Below are positions 53,161-64,000 of a DNA stretch of 64,000 nucleotides, piece by piece. The position numbers and the translations under genes are program-made. Source of the stretch: Podarcis liolepis. Taxonomy: Eukaryota. Under the pieces are notes generated by a model. The model worked only from the letters and a program-made list of their open reading frames with translations. It was not told where the DNA came from and ran no database searches. Within the stretch, counting starts at the first letter, position 1, and each line of letters begins with the position of its first letter. Where the stretch lies: the NCBI GenBank assembly GCA_965112155.1, contig OZ218114.1; one strand, written 5' to 3'.

Positions 53161-56100
53161 TTCCCTGTGCCTATATTGAAACTAGAAATTGAGTTTTTTC
53201 AGAAGCAGATCTAACCAATAGTTGCCGTGAGCTCTATAAAATTGCATGTTTGATTGCATTATTGCTCAAAATGTACGGGGCACGCTGCTCCAGGTTAGGA
53301 TACTGAGGCTGTTTTCTTATAGCTACATACCCAGGCGTAAACCCCATTGAACTCAGCAGGTCTTGCTTTTGAGTAGGAATGTACAGGATTGTGCTGTAAG
53401 TAGCAGTAAGGTTCCAAGCCCCACCCCGAATATGTTACTGTTTCAAGTTCCACCAGTAATGTCGTAATGTCTTACATCAGGACGTTCCAGGCCCTGTAGG
53501 GTTTGTGGTAGCCCTCTTCAGCCAAGTGAGTATATATTGGGATAAATGGATACATTGCAGCCATGCCTCCCTGCTGCGTTCAGGATATGGACAGTGAGCA
53601 CTCAGTCCTCAAATAATTGTCTGTTTCCAATATTGTCAAATGCCATATAACCTACCTTCTCTAGGCAACATGCAATTTTCCAGTAATGTAATGTGAATTT
53701 CCACTGTGTAAAAAACACATAGATGAGCCTTGTAATGGAATAGCAAAGTTTTGTAGAATTTTCCAGGCATTATCCTTATGGTATAGCCAGCTCTATATGG
53801 CTGTTCTATTATATGATACGGCCATGTTCAGATGGCAGAGTGCATCTATCTTTTCTAGCTTCCTTTCTTATTCCTTCCTTTCAAGCATTTTATTGCCGTT
53901 GCATCCCACTTAGTTGCTTTTATCAGTTTAAAAGAGGCATTTTGAAATCTTTTAGTTACATTATAAACTATTATTTCCAGCGAGAATGGAGCATGCAATT
54001 GCTGGTCTGGTATATTTCGTCTCAAACAGTGCCAAACATTTCCCCTCCTTGGAAGTTAAAACGTTTTCTAAAACTGGTACTGAATTTGTCCCATTCAAAC
54101 ATGTTATTTGCTTGATATTAAGAAGTCCAGAAAATAACCTAAAGCCTGATGGGCAATTCTTTTCCCACCATGCAAAGTCCCCAGAAGTTAATATCAGTTT
54201 GGGAAAGAATGTCAAGTTCTTTAGGCACAGTGTGGCAACAGCAGTAAGCTACAGCTTCCTTCTGTAACAGTGCCAAAAGAACAAATATTTGCACCTCCAG
54301 AGAAACGAGGTTGAAAAACTGTGCTTTTGACATTACGAAATGGATGTCTTTTCCAGTCCAATTCACCAATTGTCCATTGAGAGAAATCTTGGCTCGGCTG
54401 AAGGAACAAAGGGCCAATCTCTCAATGACTTCCATAGTCAGAGCCCCTTGTGGAGCTGTGAATTTTAGGAAGTAGCTGGTGAATGCTCCCATTCAAAGTG
54501 TGCTGCTGGGGCGAGAAAAGCAACTTTGGATCTTGAAAAGAAATGTGGGGCTTATGTTGCCTCCATTCAGTCCCATTTACCCACAGCAGATATTCCCACC
54601 CACCGTTCCAGCCTCTTCAGATGAGAACTGACTTTGGGCAGCAAACATCAAACTTAGCTTTGTTTCATTCCCCACAAAGCCAATAATGACTTCTTGCTTT
54701 GGTTGCCAATACCAGCTTGCCTCCAGAATGGGTAACGCTAGTTACCATGGCTATGGGTCATTCATGTATATAGAACCTGCCCTTTTGCAGACCAATCAGC
54801 TTCACCTGGGATCAGCCTTCCAATACAAGCCACAAAAATAGAGTCCCATTGATTTTTCTCCAAGATAATGATTAATATTCTGTCTGCAGCATTAGCCACT
54901 TTGCAGGACCCAGATTTTAGGTGTCAGCCATGGGGAAGACTTAGGATCATAAGAAGAGCACTGCTGATCAGGCCAAAAGCCCAACTAGTTCAGCACTCTT
55001 GTTTTCATAGTGGCCAACCAGTGCCATGGGAAACCCTCAAGTAGGGCCTGACTTTGACGGCTCTCTCCCCACTTGTGATTTCCTGCAACTGATATTTCAG
55101 AGGCATCCTGCCTTCAACAGCGGAGGAAGAACAGTGGAACTTCAGAATAATCTGGAAAAGTGTGAACTGTAATCAGTTTTTTAAGAGATTGCTTCCCTTT
55201 AAAACTGTTCCTATTATGGCAGTTATGCAACTTTAAAAAATATGAGTGCTCCAAAATTGATTAATGAAATAATTAATGACCTAATCAAGCTACTTTTGTA
55301 CGTTTTTGAAGAATAAGGAAGCTGCTCTAGCAGATCAGATTTTTAGTCAATCTAGTTCAGTATTGGTTCACTTTTCTTCTCTAGCTACTCAAGGGACTCA
55401 GCTACATTCGTAAAGATAAAGCGCTTTATAGATGTTATAACACTGTGACACCAGATGGCGCTGTGGAGTCCTGCCTTTCACCAATGGGATTTCCCTGTAT
55501 GAAGTTTACAGCCCATTTAACTGAATCACTTTCTTGATGTGTCTAGAGTCAGCCAAGGTATAAAAGCCCTAACTTTTTTTTGCATCTGATCACCTGCTCC
55601 TAGCAAATCAGGCAAAAATAATATGATGTAATAGTCTAGCTCATTTAATACCTTTTTTAAAAAACCCACCCTAAAATATTCACTCCAGCTGTCACAGACC
55701 TAAAAAGGCCCATTAAAAAAATAAATCATTGTGGTGCATTTTTCGTGGCTCACCTCGAGGGATCTTCTTCCAGGTAAGTACATCTTAAATGTCTCTTAAA
55801 GTATGGTCAGGTTTCCCGCCACCACACTGATGCAAAAGGTAAGCATTCAGTGATGAAGATTATTGGCATTTTGCAAGTTGATATTGGTTGCACTAGGAGC
55901 ACTCTTCAGAACCCAGTCCCTTTTGTAAAATCCTTCTGCACAGAGCTGCTATGGGTGAAAGGTATAAGCCAGAGCATCCTTCTAGAGGGAGCGTCTCTGA
56001 ATGGGATAGACTTTCATTCTTAATGAAAAGTTCTCTTCAGGACCAGGGGATGTGGTCAAAGGGCCTTCTGCTCTTCTTTTTCTTTTCTTTTTCTTCTTCC

Positions 56101-56652
56101 CTATGATCTCAGGTGGAGCCTCTATTGAGATGTTAACTGCCATGGTATGGATTGACCACACTTCCTTGGGGAGCTCATTCCTGCCATTTTCTCTTCTCCT
56201 TGGCGCTTCCTATCATTTTCCCTATTGCAATGGTTTCTTTGGCTTGCAGAAAAGTTGAATGTTAACGTCAGCTTCCACTCTCCATTTCCAAGGGGCTCAC
56301 AACAATCTTGCCATGGGGTTGAATATGATTTTTGGTTTCATTCATGAAAAATCCAGTTTCGATTCTTCTGTCCCTGATTTACTCTGCCACTTTCTGTTTG
56401 TTAATCATTTGCCTTTTGCTGAACTAATTACCTTTTGCTTTTTCCCCTTCCATTCTGTTTCCCCTCCCTGCTCTCATGTGGGTCTTGGTCTTTTTTCACC
56501 CTCTTCCCTTTTCTTCACATTTTTACTGCCATTTTCTGCTCCATTTCTTCCCCTGTCTCTTCAAATTACCACCTTTTTTCTTCTTTATCTCTTCTTTCAT
56601 TTCTTTTATCTTCTTCCTTTTGTTCTTTGGTTCATCCTTTCTTCCTCTGTAG

Positions 56653-56697
56653 GAACCTCAAACCACCGTTATCCATAACCCAGTGGACGGCATTAAG
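56653..56697 (+). CDS. CAMK2B: CAMK2B linker exon 17 (45 nt): EPQTTVIHNPVDGIK
   Basis: ctgtag| acceptor after a very long pyrimidine tract, aag|gtactg donor. Confidence 0.95.
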
Positions 56698-59600
56698 GTA
56701 CTGCTGCCTGTCTTTCCTTCTCCTCAGTTTGCCCTTTTGTAATCTTGGATAAAAATTGACTTTCTGCTCCTTGCATTGCTGTGTATTTTCACCTCTGGGG
56801 ACAGACTGTAGGCTCAGGTTTTGCACCTCTTGTCTGTTTCAGTATGCCTGAAACCACATAAGATAGAACCCAATCCACTTGCCTCCTATGGTAGACATTT
56901 GTTAAAAAGGTTGCCCTTTAGAGTTTACTGGGAAGCATGTTCCAGATAAATCTGAAGGAAGCCAGATAAATCTGAAGTGGAGCTGCTCAACTGAGCTTTT
57001 CCTTGACGCCTAGTCTTCATGAATGAGTCGATGTATGCCCAAGAAGATAGAATAGTTCTCTGGGAGCTGTGTTTTACCTCATTTCTCTCCCTTCTTTCAC
57101 ATGCACCAATATGAATCCAGCCATGTCATTGAGACTGATGGCACAGCTCTGGTTTGAAAAGATTCTGCCTCTTTGGAGAATCATAAAGGTTAGGCTCTCT
57201 GCCTCTTCTGGTGGAAAGTTCCTCTGGTGCTTTTAAGGCACAGAGATAGAATGAATCAGATATTCTGGGTTGTGGCCAAAAGCTACAGAGTGGGGGAGTG
57301 CTACTTGCCTCAATTGCCATCTGCAATGATGCGTGTTTTGGTGTGGTTATCCTTAGCACCTGGGCTGTTTGTTCTGGGTGTTGGGATGGGGGAGAAAGCC
57401 TCTACTCTGACCCCAGAGGAGCTAACCAGAGGGCAGCAATCGTGAGCTCCTTCATTCTGAAGTGAAAGAACGCAGCCAGGCAGACCAAAAAAAGACCAAT
57501 CCAAGAACTCGGATTAGCTGAGGAACGACATAATTACTCCATGCCACAATCATCCATTGCTCGGACACAGCCCTCGCCTCCACCCAAACCTGCATTTTCT
57601 TACCCATTCTCTGCCACAGGGATTTAATTTCTTATCATCATTGTTATGCTTCCTCTTCAAGCCCATTCACTCAATGCATCTGGCGCAGCCATTAAATGGA
57701 GCTTGGGGAAGCTCGGGTAGAGGCCAGGCAAACAAATTATAGAAACAATTGTGCCCTCCTCTCTTTTTCCATCTTCTGGATAGTGTATTTCCTGCTGTAA
57801 GTGTATATAGTGAAAGCTGAATAATGCTGGTAATCTGTTTTGAAAAAGTAAAATGTAACCTATGCATTGATGTCAGAAAATAAAAGCTGTACGTATTTGG
57901 TTAAAGGTCATGGGGACCCTATGCTGAACTATGATTGGATCCTGCAGCTGTCTTCTGATTGGGCACAAACCCTTTTTCTGCTATTATAATGACTCTGGTT
58001 TATAGAGAGCCTGTCAGGCTTCTTTGCATGCTTCAAATGTGTTGTCATTAACTCCTCTTACATTGAGATCACTGACCCTTTTGTCAGGGAGAGAACAGCT
58101 ATCTTCTAGGTTTAAAGGAAACCTTTTAATCATGTTTGAGCCATCTCCAGACTGTAAATCTACTGTTTTTATCATAGCTTCAGAGATCCCACGAAATGTG
58201 ATCTATAAGAGAATAAATTTTCCCCTTTGCTGTTTTTGGTGTTTTTCAACAATTGAACAGGATTAGCATACCTCATAAATGGAAAATCCTACCTCCTATA
58301 CCTCCCCCCCCATCTATAGTACCAGAATCCAACCAGTTCCAGTATCCAGTAGTGCTAAAAAAAGAAGCTATAGTTCTGACAATAAACACAAGCAAGAGTT
58401 TGTTCATTTTTAGTTGGAAAATTGGAACCCTCTTCATACATAAAAAATAAGGAAAACACAACCCTACCATTTTTATGCTTTATGAATCACCTTTTGTGCC
58501 AGAGCTGTTGCTGAAATTATTCTGACCTTCAGGTAGACCAAAAAAAGAAAAAAAAGAAAAAGAAAAAAAGGAAGCAGTAGCCAAACTTCTTAGGAATAAA
58601 GACAGCTTATCTCCCCATGTGATATATGGCTTTTTTAAAAAAAGAGAAATAAGAATATAGTTGGAAATATAGGAAACTGTCTTGTGCTGTGTCAGATGCC
58701 TGGTCCATTTAGTTTACTACCACTGATTGGAGATGATTTCTGTCTGAAACCCTGGAGAGTCACTGCCAGTCTTACCTGGAGATGTCAGGGATTGACCCTG
58801 AAACCTTTTACATACCAAGTATGTGTTTTACCATTGAGGTATGATCCTTCTCCCAGAATATACTTTCCTATAAATTTTTCATGAGCCCTAACATACAACC
58901 AAGTATACATTAGAGCACATATTTGAGCCCTTTTTCAGTAGGTAATTTTGACAAGGTTCTTGGTTTTCTAATACTGTGTCTCCCTGGTAAGGCAATGGAA
59001 TTGTGCATCTATCCCTGCCAGTAAATAAAATCAATGCCATTTGCTTCCAAGTGTGATATCACTACCCCAGTCTGTAGATATTAGTGTGCAGCAGATTATA
59101 TTTATATACAGTGTGCAAGGATTTCTGCATATTCATCCATGCAGGAGATTATCAGAACTACTCATCCCCATCCACCTACAGAAAAGGTGGCATAAGTTTA
59201 GAAGGGCAGAGTTCAAAGCATTTGAGAAACACTGTGACATCATAAATAAATTTAATTAATAATAATAAGCAATTTCTGAAAATGCACCACAAGGCACACA
59301 CAAACTAAGAGCATAAGAAGAGTGCAGGTGGATCAGACTGTAAAGTCCATTTAGTCCAGCCTCTTCTTTCCTAGGGTGGCTGATCAGCTGCTCAAGGAAG
59401 CAAACATGCAGGAACATGAAAGCCATAGGCTTCTTCCACTATGGCTTTCCAGCACCTGGTACACATAAGTGCGCTCTTTCTGAACCTATTGCATATAACT
59501 ATCATATGGGCCACTGATTAACTTGCCTTCCATGGATTTGTCTAATCTCTTGTGAGAGCCATCTAAGCTAGTTAGAAGGACCTTCAGCCCCATGGAGCTG

Positions 59601-62189
59601 GTGAAATACCAGATAAGTGAATTGCCTAAGATCCAGAGGTGTTAAATGCACTTGTCTGGATGGTTTTGCAGCCTCTTACCCCTTTCCAGAAGTGTCTTTG
59701 AATTTCTTGACCCTTTCTGCAAAATTTGATGTGTTCTAATTTATTCCAATAATTATAAGGAAAATGCAAAGCAGTTTGCTTTCAGAAACAACAGCAGAGA
59801 AAAGCAGAAAAACAAAAACAGAGAAGGGCAGCAAAGAATCAGGACAAGTTGTGTTTAAACTGCATACACAGCCTGCAGAATATCCCATAAGCGTAGGGCC
59901 ATTTGAAGCAGACAGTAGCATTTCCGGATGCTCCTCAAGAGAATTGAATAAGTCGTTTTATTTTTCTTCCTTGGTGACAGTACCAGTGTGATTCCTCAAG
60001 CGCTGGCTGTTTACTTGTCCAAATTCTTTTTCATTCATAGGCTTGAGGAATTTTAAATGATTCGGCGAGATTTCCCTCCAGGAGGTTATAGTGTGACCTC
60101 CTACAGGGAAAGTGGGTTTGCAGTCCTGACCCCTGGGCGGCGGTAGCAGCCAGCTATCTACATCGCAAAACCCTGCCACCAAATGGCACGAGTTAACAGA
60201 AAAAAACGAGCCCTGAAGTCTCCAGAATCCAGAAATCGGGTTCCAGTGTTGAAAGCCATACCAGAGGTAGCAAATCTGATTCCAGCTCCTCCTCTTACAT
60301 AGAATAGCATTCTCCCTCCCTCTCCCTCACCCCCTTCAGTTTTGCATAGAGACCTTTCTCAGCTGGCATGACTGTTGGGGCTGATTGTATGCACCTTGAA
60401 TGGAGCCCCCTAGCTTTACTTATTTACTCTATTCTTATCCTGCTTTCCAGACAATGACTGTCTTCCACAGTGGCTCATATCAACACACACAGAGACAGAG
60501 ACAGAGGCCCTGCCACCAGGCTTGCAAACTAGAAAGATCAGACGCAAACGAAAAGGGGAGAGAAAGGAAAAAGAAGAGGGAGATCTTCAAGGCAGGAACA
60601 AAGGGCTGGGCATTTTTATCCAGTTTGGCCCAGCTTGGTCTTCCTTTGTTGGTGGCTCTTGTGTGAATAGCCATTGGTGGCTCTTGTTCCATTGGCCAAT
60701 AGATGGAGCCAGAGGGTTCTTTCCCTTTTCTTCTCAGGTCTCTGGGCCAGAGGGAGTTTGAGCAGAGTATTATTTCAGGCAGGGAGGGGAGAAGTGGGTT
60801 CCTTGTAGCTGTTGCCACTCTGGCTTCCCCTCTGTCTCAATATTATTCTTGGGAGGCAGAAGGTGTAGCTTCCCAGCAGCCTTAGTTTTCCTGGCTGATG
60901 GCAGGAGCCAGAGGGTGCTCCTCTCATGGTGTCTTGTCCCAGGGCAACTGTCAGTTGGAGCTGATGGTTCTTTTCAGCTTGATGCTCCACTCCCTCCACC
61001 CGTTCACAGGGTTTGTGATCTTACATTGTCCAGAATTTTTTTTCTTTTCGTTACTGGCCTCCTGCTCTGGACAGTGCTAACTGCTACACCTGCTGTAGGA
61101 CAGAAGCAGGAGCGCGGGTTCTTCAGCCAGAAGAGTCTGCAGCACAGTGGAGAAGGTTAAGCATATACTGCTCAGCTGTTCCCAGGCACTCTGTTATTGA
61201 CAGGGTAATGATGGGCCTGATCAGCGGGGCAGCAGAAGTGGGCTGGATTTACACACAGGAGCTGAATATACAGCGTTCGTGACACAGAGCTCTCTATTCA
61301 GTGAGAGGACAAGCTCTGTAAAACGCTCTTGAGATTAAAAGCGCTACTATATAAGTATATGTTTCTCTTTCTTCCTTAATTGCTGGATGTACCGTGTACT
61401 AAAACGTTTGTATTTTTGGCAAGGTGCACTATTCTGTGTTTGGTTCCCATAGGTGACTCTTAAGAAGAGATAATGTTTCCCCAGGATTCTTTTCTGAGCT
61501 CATTTTGTTTTTAAATTATGCTTATGCTTTACAGGGTATAATGTGGCACGGTATAATGAATAGGTTGGGATTTGGTGGGAATTGTTTGCCCAAAGTGTGA
61601 TCATTGATGCCCAGAGTTAAGGGTGGGAGAATGCATTGCTTTGGCAAATGAAGATTCAGAATCCAAGTTGTCAAGATGACTTGAGTGTAGGGAAGGGCAT
61701 TTGTGGAGGGAGCTGGTAGACGGGAAGGAGTGGTGCTTTGCTTCTCAGGTGGCAGAAATACTTTAAACTCCATGGGATGCATTTGCAGGAGCAATTGGCA
61801 GACAGGAGAAAGTTAAGCACCCCCCACCCCAAATTCTGTCCTGGATGTGTTCCTTCAAGAGGAAGACACAAGATTGGAAACCCTATCTTCTCATGGCGTT
61901 GTTGTAGCACCACAAATGTTTCCCCATGAAGACAGACACAGAAAGAACATTAGACTATAAAAAGAAGCCTGCTAGGTCAGATCAAAGCTCCATCTAGTGC
62001 AACGTTCTGCTTCCCACAGTGGCCAGTCAGATCCCTCCAGGAAGCCTGCAAGCACAACATGATAGCCAATAGCTGTCTCCAGTTGCTGCTCCTAGCTACT
62101 GTACATTACATTCACAATATGGCTAGGAATCAAAATTTAGTTTTTTAAAAAATTAACTGGAAAAGGGGTGGGGATAATAGTCCACAGTA

Positions 62190-62451
62190 CAGTGGTGCCT
62201 CGCAAGACGAAATTAATTCGTTCTGCGAGTTTTTTCGTCTTGCGAATTTTTCGTCTTGCGAAGCACGGTTTCCCATAGGGTATTAACAGTTTTAAGAAAA
62301 AGGAAACAAACTTGTAAGACGTTTTCGTTTTTCGTCTTGCAAAGCAAGCCCATAGGGAAATTCGTCTTGCGAAGCAACTCAAAAAACGAAAAACTCTTTC
62401 GTCTTGCGCGTTTTTCGTCTTGTGAGGCATTCGTCTTGCGAGGTACCACTG
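62190..62451. mobile_element. Tc1/mariner(pogo)-type MITE, same family as 33074-33407
   Basis: TIRs cagtggtgcctcgcaagacgaa / ttcgtcttgcgaggtaccactg, TA TSD. Confidence 0.9.
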
Positions 62452-63340
62452 TATCACATTCTGCAAGAATTAGCATTGGATGGGAGGGACACTGTCGTTG
62501 CTCATAAACATTGTTAACATATTAGTTATACCCTTGGAGGCCTTCCATCTCTGCACCTACAGCTGTTGTGACTAAGTGTGGTATTCAACTAAGTTTTACT
62601 CAGAGTACACCTAATGAAATTAAGGCAGGGCCATTAATTTCAGTGGGTCTACTCTGAGTAAAATGTAGCTGAATACCATCCTAATGGTTCCCTGGGGCTT
62701 TCAGGATCTCATGGCAGGTGAAAATGGTGGGTTTCCACATTCAGAGGCAAGAAATTTATGGACCTGCTCTAAAATTGCCATAATTTCAACTATTTTCCTT
62801 TGTGAAGATGGGAAGTTAAGACTTGATCAGGGAGCATTCATTTAAAAGGGAAGAGGTTAGGGGTTTGAAGGAAGATATATGGAATTCTGATGTATCGTGG
62901 TGGAGAGAACTCAGGAATGTAGTCATGTTGGAAGTCTAGATCAGGGATATGGGATGTTGATGGACTTGGACTCCCATCAACTCCAGCCAACATGACCAAC
63001 TATCAGGAAATATGAGAATTGTAGTCCAGGAACATCTAGAGAGTCTTGAGTTTCTTATTCCTGGTCAAGATTCATCCCTGCATTTTCTCCTGGCAGAAAT
63101 CCCTTTTATATCTTTGAACCTACTTGGTTTGAAAGATGTTCCTGTTAGAGGCAGGAAAGAGAAGAGACAATGGGTGCCCCTAATAATTACTTAGTTAGAT
63201 ACAGGACTTTTGAGCTCTCCCTGGTCCCTGTTCTGATGTGCCCAGTTGTGCAAGTTCAACCTCTCCTCCGGCATTTGTTTCTGGCCAGAGCCACTAATGT
63301 TTCGCTTTCTCCTTTTTTTCACCCCTGTATGTTTCCACAG

Positions 63341-63389
63341 GAATCCTCCGACAGCACAAACACCACCATAGAGGATGAGGACACGAAAG
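63341..63389 (+). CDS. CAMK2B: CAMK2B linker exon 18 (49 nt): ESSDSTNTTIEDEDTK
   Basis: ccacag| acceptor, aag|gtaaca donor; peptide visible in ORF 63170..63466. Confidence 0.96.
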
Positions 63390-63707
63390 GTAACAGACTT
63401 GAGGGGTCAGTCAGAAGTTTGATGCCATATAAATCTGGCAAAGCAAACCCACCTGTACACTCCTGAGAATTTGTGTCCTTGAGAAGCCATATGGATGCAC
63501 TTGGAAGAAATGAGTGAATGTGGCCTTGGATAGGAGCATAAGGACCTTCTGGCACAAGGGAACACAAGCAGATGAAGGATTCTATGGACTTTAAGGCCAA
63601 ATGTAGTATTTGCATATAGTATTTGCAAAGCCTGCTCTAGATTTGGAAGGGCTTTGGGTAATTTACGTTGATGGGTCCCCCTAGGCTGTGGTAGTGCCAG
63701 CAGCATT

Positions 63708-63708
<1 letters not shown>

Positions 63709-63741
<33 letters not shown>
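63709..63741. repeat. (GT)n microsatellite
   Basis: Direct reading. Confidence 0.95.
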
Positions 63742-63742
<1 letters not shown>

Positions 63743-64000
63743 AGGTGTTGTGGGAAAATAAAATGAAGGCTCACAAACCCAGCTGTTGTGGAGACATCAG
63801 AGCTGGTTGGGTCCTTCCTGGTCACCAGCAACTCCCCTGGGATGCCCGTCCCTGATGCTGGCAATGACTGTGTGATTGATTTCCTGGGAGATACAGGACA
63901 AATAGTTCCCAGTTGATGTTGGTACTGAGTCTTGCGAGAACTTTCTCTTACTTGAGCTGTGATAGGGAATCCAAATGGCTTTGCCCCCCGCTTGAGTGTA

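Noticed and set aside
56942-56977. 16-bp direct repeat ccagataaatctgaag
   Set aside because: Small local slippage duplication with no evident functional context.
62190-62451. CRISPR-like repeat array
   Set aside because: Short irregular repeats inside TIRs with a TA TSD in vertebrate DNA; no regular spacers and no cas genes.

Overview
Eukaryotic (squamate reptile, most likely a lacertid lizard judging by the Sauria-type SINEs) genomic DNA lying entirely inside the CAMK2B gene (Ca2+/calmodulin-dependent protein kinase II beta, + strand). Fourteen short coding exons with GT-AG boundaries can be read, from family exon 5 (kinase domain) through the regulatory segment (T287 exon, CaM-binding exon) to linker exon 18. 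The 5' exons and the hub-domain exons lie outside the window. The spliced kinase/regulatory peptide matches mammalian CaMKII-beta as I recall it. The rest is intron, filled with SINEs, CR1/L2 LINE fragments, hAT- and Tc1/mariner-type MITEs and microsatellites; nearly all long ORFs in the six-frame track are spurious. The most notable observation is two intact, same-length (73 nt) versions of the catalytic-loop (HRDLK) exon 6, 13 kb apart. This looks like a mutually exclusive pair, an arrangement I know from mammalian CAMK2G/CAMK2D but not CAMK2B. It is flanked by a plausible splicing switch: an Rbfox-motif cluster, a 353-nt AG-exclusion zone, and frameshifts if both or neither exon is used. 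Two orphan splice-signal sites in the linker introns may be unannotated micro-exons or recursive splice sites. Exon numbers follow the CaMKII family convention. All comparisons to other species are from memory and need database confirmation.
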